A stretch of 64,000 bases of DNA from an uncultured virus (IMG/VR IMGVR_UViG_3300010220_000093) (taxonomy: Duplodnaviria > Heunggongvirae > Uroviricota > Caudoviricetes): positions 1-64,000 of the IMG/VR virus record IMGVR_UViG_3300010220_000093, one strand, 5' to 3'. Below are positions 28,487 through 37,656 of this stretch, piece by piece. The first letter of the stretch is position 1. Every line of letters begins with the position of its first letter. Below the pieces are notes generated by a model. It made no database searches, had not been told where the DNA came from, and saw nothing but the letters and a program-made list of their open reading frames with translations. The position numbers were made by a program, and so were the translations under genes.

Positions 28487-31026
28487 CAGGATACCTCTTC
28501 CGCATGGATGCGGAGCCTCAGGAGAAGGACGTTGTAATCAGGGCTCTCGGAGATCAGCCTGGCACGCAGCTCGACCGCACGGACCTCGTCTTCGGAACTG
28601 TCGAGCCGCGACCAGTCCGACCAGAGGGGCGTGCCAGCCGGATCATCATCGGTGCTGCGGGCCTCGACGATGACATCGATTTCGGCGCCGTCGGTGTCAT
28701 CGACATCGAGCCAGCTGTCGATGGGGGCTGTCCGGTCGTCGATGAGCCCGCCGAGGTTCAGCGCGGCCACATCGATCTCCGAGCGCAACCGCACGCGGCG
28801 CAACGCACCGAAGTCCATCCCGGCCGGGAAGGTGAAGCTGCCTTCGCTGCCAATATCGACGAGCTTCAGCGCCCCACCCTCGACCGCGACATTGATCCCG
28901 TCGCCAATCCAGCCCGGATCGGCGGTGAGGCTCATCACCGGCGCGAAGGGCAGGACCTGCGCGCCCTTGGTCACGACACTGGCAACTGGGCCCAGATTGC
29001 CGGAGTTGTCCCGCGCCCGGACCAGATAGGTGCCGGGCTTCAAGGGCACGAGAGCCACGGCGTCGGATCCTGCCACCTCGTCCATGCTGGTCGAAGTGGC
29101 CCAGGTCGCGGTCAGCGCCGCGGAATGCCGGATCACGATCCGCCCGCCGATCCGCACATCGAGATCGGCCGAGGGAAGCCACTTCAGGATGGCGAGCCCG
29201 CCCGCGGTCTGGATCGTCAGACTTTCCAGCGCGGCAGGTGGCGCGGTCAGCCCGAGAATCTCGATCTCGGCGCTGACGTAGGGCGAGGAAACGCCGATCA
29301 CCGACAGCGACTTCACGGCCACCTCCCAGCGACCGGGTTTGACGTCGCGGATTTCCCAAGAGGTCTGGTCTGTGCGGCCGAGCGTGATCCAGTCTTCGCC
29401 GGTGGCATTGCCGTCCTTGTCCAGAACCCGCCGGGCCCGGATCTGATAGTCCCGCACGAAGTCCGAGGGCGCCTCGACCCAAGTGACCCGGATCAGCGTC
29501 CTGACGCCGGTCCCGCCCCGGGTCTCGTACATCTCTTCCGCCAGATGCGGCGTGCCGGGGGCTGGCACATCGGCAGGCCCCGGCAAGGTCGTGCGCGGCG
29601 CCGCGGCGTAGATCGCCTCTTCCGAGGCCGACCAGTCATAGACGAGGGGAGAGGTCTCGCGCAGCACGAGTTCCGGCAGAAGCAGTGCGCCGTCGCCGGA
29701 GGCGGTCAGATCGAGGCTCACCCCCTGAACCTCGAAAGGCTTTGCCGCGAAGCCCCAGCGGGCATAGGAGAGCATCACCGTCTCGCCCACTCCGGCCCGC
29801 CAGGCGGCAAGCTTGCCCGAGAGCTTAACGGTCATCTGGCGCCGGGCGCGCTCAAGTTCGATCTTGGCCAGCCGCTGCGCCATCGCGGCGGAGATGGTGA
29901 AGGGCAAGGGCAGATCGCGCCATTTCCGCTCGCCGCCATCTTCGGCGAGATAGACGTCGCTGGCATAGGCCGGAAAGTCGTCCGGTTGCCAGTCGTTCTC
30001 CGGGCTGACGAACTGGCCGCGCACGCCGTTGAAGTTCGCCGACTGGCTGACGCGGGTGGCGAGCACCAGGCCGCCCGCGCGCACGTCATCGGCACTCAGC
30101 GTGACCTCGGGCAGACGATACGCCCCGGCGTGGATGCGCCAGTTGCCGCCCTGCACGGCGACGCGACCGGCCATCGCGGACAACAGCCCCTCGATGATGG
30201 TCTTCGGGCTTTCCGCCAGCGACACGACGCCGTTGCAGCTGTAGCGCCGCTCCGATCCGCCGGATGCCAGGGGTACCATCTCGTCGCAGATGTTCGCGGC
30301 CTCGATCAGGCTCTCGACCTCGATCCCGTCGGCAGCGCCGATCCCGGCCCCGATGCCGAAGGCCGGATGGGCGAGATAATCGGCAAGACAGAGGGCGGGG
30401 TTCTCCGAATAGCCGCGCAGTCCCGTCCGCGGATCGAGGATGTCGTTCTTGCCCTCGATGTCGACGCTGATGTTCGGGATCCCGCCCGGAAAGGCATCCG
30501 CATCATAGGTGAGCCGCAGATAAAGCGCGGCGCAGCCTGCCAGCCGATGCGCGGCAGTCCATTTGGTCGGCACATTGGCCATGAGGCTTGCAAAGGCCGC
30601 CTGGTCCTCGGCCCCGAGGCGCTTCTCGACCGTGATCTTCCCCGCCCAGCGGCCCTGCACGATGCCGCCTGCGCTGACGGCCATTTCGCCATCGAACCAG
30701 ACAGCGCCGATGGATTTGACCCGATGCGCAGCCAGCACGATCACCAGGTGCAGGTACTGGTCTTTCGGCCCCGAGGCATGCAGGAAGGTGATGACGCCGC
30801 CCTTGCGCGCCCGCCCGTAAACCATGTCGCGCGGCACCACCGGCTCGCGCACCGTCACCGTGCGGGCCTGCAGCGCCACCTTGGGCTTCGGCATCAGCGC
30901 CTGGGAGGCGTAGGAGAGAAGGAGCGTGCCGCCGAGCCGTACGAGGGCCGCGCCGATGCCGCCCGCGGCCAGCACGCCGGAGATCGCCCCGGCAATGGCC
31001 GTGACGGCAGAGACGATGAAGGGCAT
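28486..31026 (-). CDS. Tail tip / host-specificity protein (J-like)
   Basis: VYGRARKGG, YSENPALCLADYL, Fn3-like C-terminal part; start refined to MPFIVSAV at 31026. Confidence 0.85.
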   Translation of the reverse strand: MPFIVSAVTAIAGAISGVLAAGGIGAALVRLGGTLLLSYASQALMPKPKVALQARTVTVREPVVPRDMVYGRARKGGVITFLHASGPKDQYLHLVIVLAAHRVKSIGAVWFDGEMAVSAGGIVQGRWAGKITVEKRLGAEDQAAFASLMANVPTKWTAAHRLAGCAALYLRLTYDADAFPGGIPNISVDIEGKNDILDPRTGLRGYSENPALCLADYLAHPAFGIGAGIGAADGIEVESLIEAANICDEMVPLASGGSERRYSCNGVVSLAESPKTIIEGLLSAMAGRVAVQGGNWRIHAGAYRLPEVTLSADDVRAGGLVLATRVSQSANFNGVRGQFVSPENDWQPDDFPAYASDVYLAEDGGERKWRDLPLPFTISAAMAQRLAKIELERARRQMTVKLSGKLAAWRAGVGETVMLSYARWGFAAKPFEVQGVSLDLTASGDGALLLPELVLRETSPLVYDWSASEEAIYAAAPRTTLPGPADVPAPGTPHLAEEMYETRGGTGVRTLIRVTWVEAPSDFVRDYQIRARRVLDKDGNATGEDWITLGRTDQTSWEIRDVKPGRWEVAVKSLSVIGVSSPYVSAEIEILGLTAPPAALESLTIQTAGGLAILKWLPSADLDVRIGGRIVIRHSAALTATWATSTSMDEVAGSDAVALVPLKPGTYLVRARDNSGNLGPVASVVTKGAQVLPFAPVMSLTADPGWIGDGINVAVEGGALKLVDIGSEGSFTFPAGMDFGALRRVRLRSEIDVAALNLGGLIDDRTAPIDSWLDVDDTDGAEIDVIVEARSTDDDPAGTPLWSDWSRLDSSEDEVRAVELRARLISESPDYNVLLLRLRIHAEEVS

Positions 31027-31082
31027 CGAGGGTGGGTTTCCGGTCGGAAGAGAGGGCCAGAGGGGCGCGTCAGGTGGTCGTT

Positions 31083-31544
31083 TCAGACGCGCCAGGCCAG
31101 CGCGCAGGCAGTAATCGGCACCAGGACAAGGCCGGAGGGTGCAATCCCCGCGGCCCGGGCGCCGAGGCAGATGCCGAAGCCGAGGCCGGTATCGGCAAGC
31201 ACCAGATCGCCCCGCTGGGCGAGATGCACCGAGGCCAAGGGTTCGCCGAGAAGATCGCGGCCCGCGGCCTCGAGCGAGGACCAGCCAAGGCGACGCATCA
31301 CCCTGACCGCCCCGCGCGCCGTCGTGTAGCGTCCGCGCCAGAGTGCGGCGACGTCGTGCCCGCCCGCAAGCGTGCGGCGCAGGTCGAAGGCGAAGGTCGC
31401 GCAATCATGGCGGCCCCAGCGGAAGGGGCGCTCGCGGGCGGCCTCGATGGCCTCGGCAAGGTGGCGTTCCCATCCGGGGCTCCGGGTGCCCCGGGTCACG
31501 ACGACTGCCGTGACGACCGCTGCGGTTTCTTCCAAATCCGTCAT
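31083..31544 (-). CDS. NlpC/P60-like tail protein (DUF6950-like)
   Basis: FRWGRHDCATFA, AQRGD. Confidence 0.7.
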   Translation of the reverse strand: MTDLEETAAVVTAVVVTRGTRSPGWERHLAEAIEAARERPFRWGRHDCATFAFDLRRTLAGGHDVAALWRGRYTTARGAVRVMRRLGWSSLEAAGRDLLGEPLASVHLAQRGDLVLADTGLGFGICLGARAAGIAPSGLVLVPITACALAWRV

Positions 31545-32101
31545 CCGCGCCCCCAGGTCACTTCCCGGTCCTGGATGGCCGAGACATATTCAAACCCGAG
31601 ATCGCCGGGATGGAGCGCCTGCTGGCTTTCGTGGGTGTAGCGCCAGCTGCGGGGCGTGTTGAGATCAATCAGGCGGCTCTCGTAGCTGATGGTGATCCGA
31701 CAGCTTTCCGCGTCATCGGTGATCTCGGGCACATCGAGGCGCCCGGCGAAGGCCAGGACCGGATCGGCGATGATCTGACCCTCGGGTGTCAGAAGGCCGA
31801 GCCAGACCCGGCCGGGCAGACCTTGCCGGGCTTCCGCGATGGCCATCTGCACGAGGCTGGGCGGAATGCCCGAGAGCGAGACCGAGGTGCCGCCCGCCAC
31901 CACCTCGGAGGTTTCCTCGATGGACCCGAGGCCCAGGAGCGCGCCCGCCCCAGACCAGCTTTCTCCGGCCCAGCCGATCTCGCCGAGGCCCGACCAGAGG
32001 CGGACGGGGCCGGAAGCGAAGGCGCCTTCGAAGAAGATCACGGGCCGCAGATCGCGCTCGGCCAGGGCCGCGGCGAAGTCGGGGGTCAGATCGCGGCTCA
32101 T
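31541..32101 (-). CDS. Minor tail (tip/hub) protein
   Basis: Position in the tail module; RYTHESQQ..HPGD.GFEYV. Confidence 0.7.
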   Translation of the reverse strand: MSRDLTPDFAAALAERDLRPVIFFEGAFASGPVRLWSGLGEIGWAGESWSGAGALLGLGSIEETSEVVAGGTSVSLSGIPPSLVQMAIAEARQGLPGRVWLGLLTPEGQIIADPVLAFAGRLDVPEITDDAESCRITISYESRLIDLNTPRSWRYTHESQQALHPGDLGFEYVSAIQDREVTWGRG

Positions 32102-32691
32102 AGCGCCTCCCGGGCGGCAAGGGTGAAGAGGAAGCTCTCGGCGCGGCCGATCCGGGTCGGCACCGGCGCGGTCAGGCGCAGAACGACTGCCGGGGCGGCA
32201 ATCTCGAGCGGCGCGCCATCGGCAGGCGCGGATCTGAGCCGCGGCACAAAGGCAAGCGTGGCCTCGCCCGCCTCGTCACTGACCACATCCGCCGTCAGCT
32301 GGTGAAGCCGGGTCTGGGCACCCGAGCCGAGCGAGAAGAAGTCCCCGGTGAAGAGCGGCGTCGAGAACGGCGGCCAGCCCGCAGTGACGAGCTGGTTGCC
32401 GGTCTGGAACCCACCCGCCACCTGGGGTGCGAGCGTACTTCCCGGTTGACGGATCGTCGGATCGCGGAAGAGGAACCGCCCCCGCGCACCACCAAGGGCC
32501 GCAAGTAAGGCCGAGAGGCGGCGGCCATCACGGCCCGTTGTCCGCGCCATCTCGATCCCATAGTCCCACCATTCGCCACCCCAGTCCTGGACCTCTTCGC
32601 TTCCGGTGAAGGGCGAGGCGGCGACGGCCGTGGTCGTGATGAGGCGGCGTTCCAGCGATTGCACCAGCGTCAGCGGAAGTTCAGGGATCAT
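32098..32691 (-). CDS. Distal tail protein-like
   Basis: Directly after the tape measure; SPFTG..QDWGGEWW. Confidence 0.65.
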   Translation of the reverse strand: MIPELPLTLVQSLERRLITTTAVAASPFTGSEEVQDWGGEWWDYGIEMARTTGRDGRRLSALLAALGGARGRFLFRDPTIRQPGSTLAPQVAGGFQTGNQLVTAGWPPFSTPLFTGDFFSLGSGAQTRLHQLTADVVSDEAGEATLAFVPRLRSAPADGAPLEIAAPAVVLRLTAPVPTRIGRAESFLFTLAAREAL

Positions 32692-32706
32692 CGCTCGGGC
32701 CTCTCC

Positions 32707-35184
32707 TCAAAGCGCATGGCCGCGCCGCCGCCCATCGGCGACGCTGGCTTTTGCGAGCCGTGCAATCTCCGGGATCGCCGCGCGCAGCTTGGCGTCGATC
32801 TGTTCCGCGACACCCGCCTGCGCGCCACGGGCATCGATGCTGATCGTGACGCCGCTTGCAGCGCCACCGCCCCGTCCCACCCCGGATGCGACCTCGGCCC
32901 GCGACAGCACCCGTTCGCCGCGCTGCAGGATCGCTGGGACCTCGTCAGGTCGGAGCCCGGCCCAGCCGCCATTGTGCAACTTGGGCGCGCCCGCAAAGGC
33001 CAGCGCAGGCACCATGCGGCCGGGACCGGGGGCGCCGACCATGCCGCCTGCGTGCTTGACGGGGGCGAAGATCGAGCCGAGGCCGCCCGAGAGCCAGTTG
33101 GCCAGCGGACCCAGGACCGAGTTCTTGAAGGCGAGCGTCGCGAGATCGGCGAGAATCGACGAGATCAGCGACTTGAAGTCGAACTTGCCGGTGGTGACGA
33201 AGGTGCGGAAGGCATTCTCGGCCGAGGTGAAGGCGGAGGTCAGGGTCTCGCCGAGGCCCTTGCCCCAATCCATCGCGCCTTTGGCGTAGTCCGCGAGAGA
33301 TTTGGTGACGGCTTGCCAGCCGGTTGCCGCCTCTTGCGCCGCCTTCTTTGCCGCAGCACCCGCGCCACCGGCGGCGTTTCCAGCGCCCGCGAACCCGTCC
33401 GCAAGCGCATCTGCCGCCGATGTGGCGCCGTCGAGCGCGGCCTCGCCTTCGGCCCCGGCACCGCTCACCGCATCCTTCAACGCTTGCCAGGCGGCGAGCG
33501 GCCGACCGGCGGCGTCAGCCAGCATACCCGCCGCTTCGCGATAGCCGTCGGCCCGGGCGCGGGCATCGTCGGCCATCGCGCCAAGACCAAGATCGGGTGG
33601 CTCGAGGTAGGTGCGTGCGAGGGCCGCCGAAAAGGCGTCCGCCGCGGCAGCCCCTGCGGCCGTTGCCGCGCCTTCGAAGGGATTGCCGATGCGGCCGAGT
33701 TCCACCGGATCGAGCGTTCCAATCCGCACCCCACCTTCGCCAGTGGCCCATTCCGGCAGGAGGGCCAACGCGGCATTCAGCGTCTCGATGAAGCTGTTGA
33801 TGCGCGTGACGACGCCGTTCAGCATCGCCTCGACGCCGGAGATCAGCCCGTTCGCAGCTTGGAAAGCGAAGTCGCCGATGGCACCGGGCAGGCTGCCCCA
33901 GATCGTGACCGCCGCGTCATAGGCACCCTGGAAAATCGCGGCCGTCCGGTCACCGAAGCTGACGACGCCTGCGATGGTGCCCTCGAGGGCCGAGAGACCA
34001 GCCGCCTTCAGGCCCTCCCACCCTGCCGCCATTCGCGCGAGGGCCGCGTCCAGCGACAGGCCGATGCGGGGCCAGACCTCGCGCGCCAGATCTCCAAGCA
34101 GCCGGAAGGCTTCGCCCACGCCACCAACCCGGGCGACAAGCTGCGAAAACTGATAGACCAACTCGCCCGCGCCGACGATCAGCGCCCCGATGCCGGTGCG
34201 GATCAGAGCGCCGCGCAGGAACACCAGCGCGGTGGCGAGGCCGCGCACGGACAGGGCTGCGGCCGCCATTCCCGCCACCCAGCGCCCTGCCATGACGACG
34301 GCGAAGGTCGCGGCATATGAGGCGAGACGGCCGAGATTGCCGATTAGCCCATCGATGGCTGACCGCAGAATGCCGCCGTCTGACGCGAGGGCGACGAAGG
34401 CATTGGCCAGCGCCTCGATGGTCGGAGCGACTGCCACGGCGATGCGGTTGCGGAGGCCATCGAAGACCAGCGACACGGTGCCCAGCGCCAGTTGCGTGCG
34501 CCGCAGGGCTTCCAGCGCATCGCCATCTAGAACCGCGCCAAGGTCCGATGCCTGATCAGCAAGCCGGGCCATCTCCGCCCCGCCATTGCGCAGGAGCGGT
34601 ATCAACCGCGTGGCATCCGAGGCCATGGCCTCAAGATAGAACGTCATCTCCTGCTGGCTGAGACCTGCGCGCTCCAGCGTATCGACGTAAAGCTGCAGCG
34701 CATCCGGCCCCGACAGCCGCGCGAACTGGTCGGCGGTAACACCGACACGGGGGGCGACATTCTCGAAGAAGTCGGCCATCGGCCCGCCGCCGGTCTGGAG
34801 GAAATCCCCGACCCGGTCGTTCACGTCCTTCAGGATGTCGGCCAGCTTCTCCTGTTCGATGCCAACAGTTCGCGCCCCGGCCGACCAACGCTGCAGCGCC
34901 TCGGGCGTGGCGTTGGCCACTTGCGCAAACTGCCGAATCTGCGCGGCACTCTCGGCCGTGGAGCGGACGATCAGCCCGAGCGAGGCAGTAGCGGCGGCAG
35001 CGGCGGCCCCGAGCGCCAGACCGGCACGGCGCGCAAAGGCGGCCAGCCGGGTGTTGGCCAGTTCCATCTCGCGCGAAAGGCGGCCAAAGCCGCGGGCCCC
35101 GGCTTCGCCGACGCCTTCCAGCTCGGCGCGCACGCGCCGCCCGCCCTCCGCCACGAGGCGGACGGAGACCTTCTTCTCAGCCAT
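32707..35184 (-). CDS. Tail tape measure protein
   Basis: 825 aa, Ala/Gly-rich; lambda-type C-terminus (DEVPAILQRGERVL). Confidence 0.9.
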   Translation of the reverse strand: MAEKKVSVRLVAEGGRRVRAELEGVGEAGARGFGRLSREMELANTRLAAFARRAGLALGAAAAAATASLGLIVRSTAESAAQIRQFAQVANATPEALQRWSAGARTVGIEQEKLADILKDVNDRVGDFLQTGGGPMADFFENVAPRVGVTADQFARLSGPDALQLYVDTLERAGLSQQEMTFYLEAMASDATRLIPLLRNGGAEMARLADQASDLGAVLDGDALEALRRTQLALGTVSLVFDGLRNRIAVAVAPTIEALANAFVALASDGGILRSAIDGLIGNLGRLASYAATFAVVMAGRWVAGMAAAALSVRGLATALVFLRGALIRTGIGALIVGAGELVYQFSQLVARVGGVGEAFRLLGDLAREVWPRIGLSLDAALARMAAGWEGLKAAGLSALEGTIAGVVSFGDRTAAIFQGAYDAAVTIWGSLPGAIGDFAFQAANGLISGVEAMLNGVVTRINSFIETLNAALALLPEWATGEGGVRIGTLDPVELGRIGNPFEGAATAAGAAAADAFSAALARTYLEPPDLGLGAMADDARARADGYREAAGMLADAAGRPLAAWQALKDAVSGAGAEGEAALDGATSAADALADGFAGAGNAAGGAGAAAKKAAQEAATGWQAVTKSLADYAKGAMDWGKGLGETLTSAFTSAENAFRTFVTTGKFDFKSLISSILADLATLAFKNSVLGPLANWLSGGLGSIFAPVKHAGGMVGAPGPGRMVPALAFAGAPKLHNGGWAGLRPDEVPAILQRGERVLSRAEVASGVGRGGGAASGVTISIDARGAQAGVAEQIDAKLRAAIPEIARLAKASVADGRRRGHAL

Positions 35185-35506
35185 TCTGGCGTCCTTCCAT
35201 CTGCTCGTTGAGCTTGCGCACCATCACCGCCTCGATCTCGGGCAGCAGTTCGGCGGCGATCAGCGCGTTGACGCCCAGCGCCTGCGCCAGTGAAAGCGCA
35301 GCGCCCATGTCCCATCCGATGACGGCACCCGGCGCGATGCGCAGCTGGCCGCCGAGGCGCTGGGTCAGATCCCAGACCTGCCAGCCTTCGACCGTCTGCG
35401 GCCGGTTCAGTCTTGCGGGGCATTCCAGGCAGGGGCCTGCGCAGGCCGCGCAGTAGCCGTCACCCCCGCCGAAAGACCAGTCGGCGAGGGCGCGGAGACG
35501 TTTTTT
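35177..35506 (-). CDS. Tail assembly chaperone, frameshifted extension (gpT-like)
   Basis: Open -1 frame entered at the slippery A AAA AAC (35506-35500). Confidence 0.7.
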   Translation of the reverse strand, partial: KKRLRALADWSFGGGDGYCAACAGPCLECPARLNRPQTVEGWQVWDLTQRLGGQLRIAPGAVIGWDMGAALSLAQALGVNALIAAELLPEIEAVMVRKLNEQMEGRQNG

Positions 35507-35844
35507 TCCTGATCCAGGATCAGGCCCCGGGCGACATATTGCGCCTGGAAGGCCTCGAAGACCGGCCAGATTTCGAGAAGGGCGTCGATCCCGGCCGGGC
35601 TGACGGGCACGAGGTTGCCAGCCTCGTCGCCGACGCCTTCCCATTCGAGCACGGCGCGGCGGGCGACGGCTTTGGCCATAGCCAGCGCCATGTCCTCCTG
35701 GCTGGAGGTTTCCGACAGGCCGTCAATCAAGGGATCGGCGCGGGCGGAGACCATCAGCGCGGTGGTCAGTGGGGCCACTAGGATACGCAGGCCGGGCAGC
35801 AGGTCCAGCCATTCGGGCCGGTTCGACAGGTTCAGACGGATCAT
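35407..35844 (-). CDS. Tail assembly chaperone (gpG-like)
   Basis: Between tail tube and tape measure; start MIRLNL at 35844. Confidence 0.75.
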   Translation of the reverse strand: MIRLNLSNRPEWLDLLPGLRILVAPLTTALMVSARADPLIDGLSETSSQEDMALAMAKAVARRAVLEWEGVGDEAGNLVPVSPAGIDALLEIWPVFEAFQAQYVARGLILDQEKNVSAPSPTGLSAGVTATARPAQAPAWNAPQD

Positions 35845-35846
35845 GG

Positions 35847-36785
35847 TCAGTATCCTGTGACGGTGTTGACGAGGACGGCGGTGCACATGCGCGCGGGGCT
35901 GGTGGCCTTGGCCGCCTGCCAGTCGAAGGTCGCCTGGATGCCCTGCGGCCCGGGGATCTCGATCCGCGGGACGGGCAGGTAGACGGCGTGGGCGGTGAAG
36001 GTGAAGCTGGCGTTCGCCCCGAGGCTGTAGGCGAACTCGAGCTCGCAGGGCGTGCCGTCGATGGCTTGGGTGACGAGGGCGCTATCGGCGAAGCGCACCT
36101 CAATCCGGCCCGTCAGCGCCGCCATGCCGGGATCGGCGCCTTCGATCTTGCCGTCGTTGCGGATGGTCTCGATCCGGTCGAGGCCGTTGGCATAGGTGAT
36201 CTCGGCCGAGACGACATTGCCCAAGGCCGTGCCGTTGCGCTTCACCACCCCGTTGAAATGGCCGAAGCGCTGCAGGCCGAGCGCGGTCGGGGTGCCTGCG
36301 GCGGTGGTGGCCGCAATCGCCTCGCCTTGGGCGATCAGGCGGGCGGTGGCGGTCAGCAGGCCCGAGCGGTTCATCTGCCAGGACAACTGGTCCATCACGC
36401 AGCCCGCATACATCGCGAACCGCGGTACCTCGGGCATGGCGACTTCGATGGCCATCGAGGGCAGTGTCCAGTTGCCCGACTGGAAGGTGTGAGTCTTGGG
36501 CGTCGTGCCAGTGGTCGTCGGCTGACCGAAGGCCGCCTTAAGCCAGAAGCCGAAGGCCTCGACGTCGATCGGCACCACCACATCGCCATCGGCGGTGACC
36601 GCATCCTTGATCGGAGCCAGCGGGTCGCGCCCCTGGCCCAACAATTCCGAGGCGATCAGCGGCTGTTCGGAGCCGAGTGTGGTGCTGACGAAGGGCACCG
36701 TCCGATAGCCAGAGGCGGGCGGGGTGCCGTAGACGGTCTCGAACGCAAGCGCCATCTGCGCCCGCGCGCCGTGTGCGCGTGCCAT
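35847..36785 (-). CDS. Major tail tube protein
   Basis: MARAHGARAQMALAFETVYG N-terminus; position. Confidence 0.85.
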   Translation of the reverse strand: MARAHGARAQMALAFETVYGTPPASGYRTVPFVSTTLGSEQPLIASELLGQGRDPLAPIKDAVTADGDVVVPIDVEAFGFWLKAAFGQPTTTGTTPKTHTFQSGNWTLPSMAIEVAMPEVPRFAMYAGCVMDQLSWQMNRSGLLTATARLIAQGEAIAATTAAGTPTALGLQRFGHFNGVVKRNGTALGNVVSAEITYANGLDRIETIRNDGKIEGADPGMAALTGRIEVRFADSALVTQAIDGTPCELEFAYSLGANASFTFTAHAVYLPVPRIEIPGPQGIQATFDWQAAKATSPARMCTAVLVNTVTGY

Positions 36786-36808
36786 GGGGGTCTCCTATGT
36801 GGGGGGTG

Positions 36809-37231
36809 TCAGACCAGAGGGCCGGTCGTGGTGTAGTGCAGATTGAGCGTGATCACCGCCGCCTTCAGGGCCGCCGCGCCCTCGACGGGCAGATCGACCG
36901 AGGCCGGGGCTTCCGGTTCGACCCAGTCGCAATGGCCGCCGAGCGTCCGGTCCGCCTCAAGTGCCGCGCCAATGGCGGCGATCAGGTCGTCGAAGGCGCT
37001 TGCCCGGCCGGTGCCCGCCTGGACGACGACCTCCAGCTCCGCTTGGTGCTGGTAGTGATAACGCAGGGGCGAGAGCGTGACCTCCGGATCGCCCGGCTGG
37101 CCGTCGCGCAGGATGATCAGCCCCGCTGCGGGGATCCGCTCGGGCAGCACCTCGTCACGCAGGGTGAGGGCGGCAAGCGGCTGAAGCCGCGCGTGCAGCG
37201 CGGCGAGGACGGTTTCGCGGGTGGTGGGCAT
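36809..37231 (-). CDS. Tail terminator/completion protein
   Basis: ADRTLGG.CDWVE motif; position before the tail tube. Confidence 0.7.
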   Translation of the reverse strand: MPTTRETVLAALHARLQPLAALTLRDEVLPERIPAAGLIILRDGQPGDPEVTLSPLRYHYQHQAELEVVVQAGTGRASAFDDLIAAIGAALEADRTLGGHCDWVEPEAPASVDLPVEGAAALKAAVITLNLHYTTTGPLV

Positions 37232-37263
37232 GACTTCACCAATTCAAAGAGAGCCTTGAAGCT

Positions 37264-37644
37264 CTATATGGGCAATTCTTGCTCGATGCAGATATTGTAC
37301 CCGTCAGGGTCATACAGATACAATTGCCTCCTGCCAAAGCCCATAAGCGCAGGTGGCGCCGAGACCTCGACACCCTCAGAGATTAGCCGGTCGTATTCGT
37401 GCATCAAGTCCTTAGCAGAAAGATGTAGAATTACACCAGCGCCTCGAAATTTAGTTACCTTGATGCTCGATAGAGAAACAGGAACGGGTTCTGGATCTCG
37501 ATGAAGGATGAGTTCGAGTCCACCCAATTCAAATATCGCCGGACCATCCTTAAACAGCCGCGGCGGGGTTTTAAGAAGCACACTGTAGTACCTAGCCGAG
37601 TCCTCGGTTGATGAGACGTACAGCAAAATCGAAGAGAACAACAT
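37264..37644 (-). CDS. VOC/glyoxalase-family protein (cargo)
   Basis: LYVS..EDSARYY...FGRRQLYLYDPDGYNI; lower GC. Confidence 0.8.
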   Translation of the reverse strand: MLFSSILLYVSSTEDSARYYSVLLKTPPRLFKDGPAIFELGGLELILHRDPEPVPVSLSSIKVTKFRGAGVILHLSAKDLMHEYDRLISEGVEVSAPPALMGFGRRQLYLYDPDGYNICIEQELPI

Positions 37645-37656
37645 TGCGCATGATCC

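Noticed and set aside
28378..31329. 983-aa plus-strand ORF
   Set aside because: Antisense shadow of the tail tip gene in high-GC DNA; no motifs.
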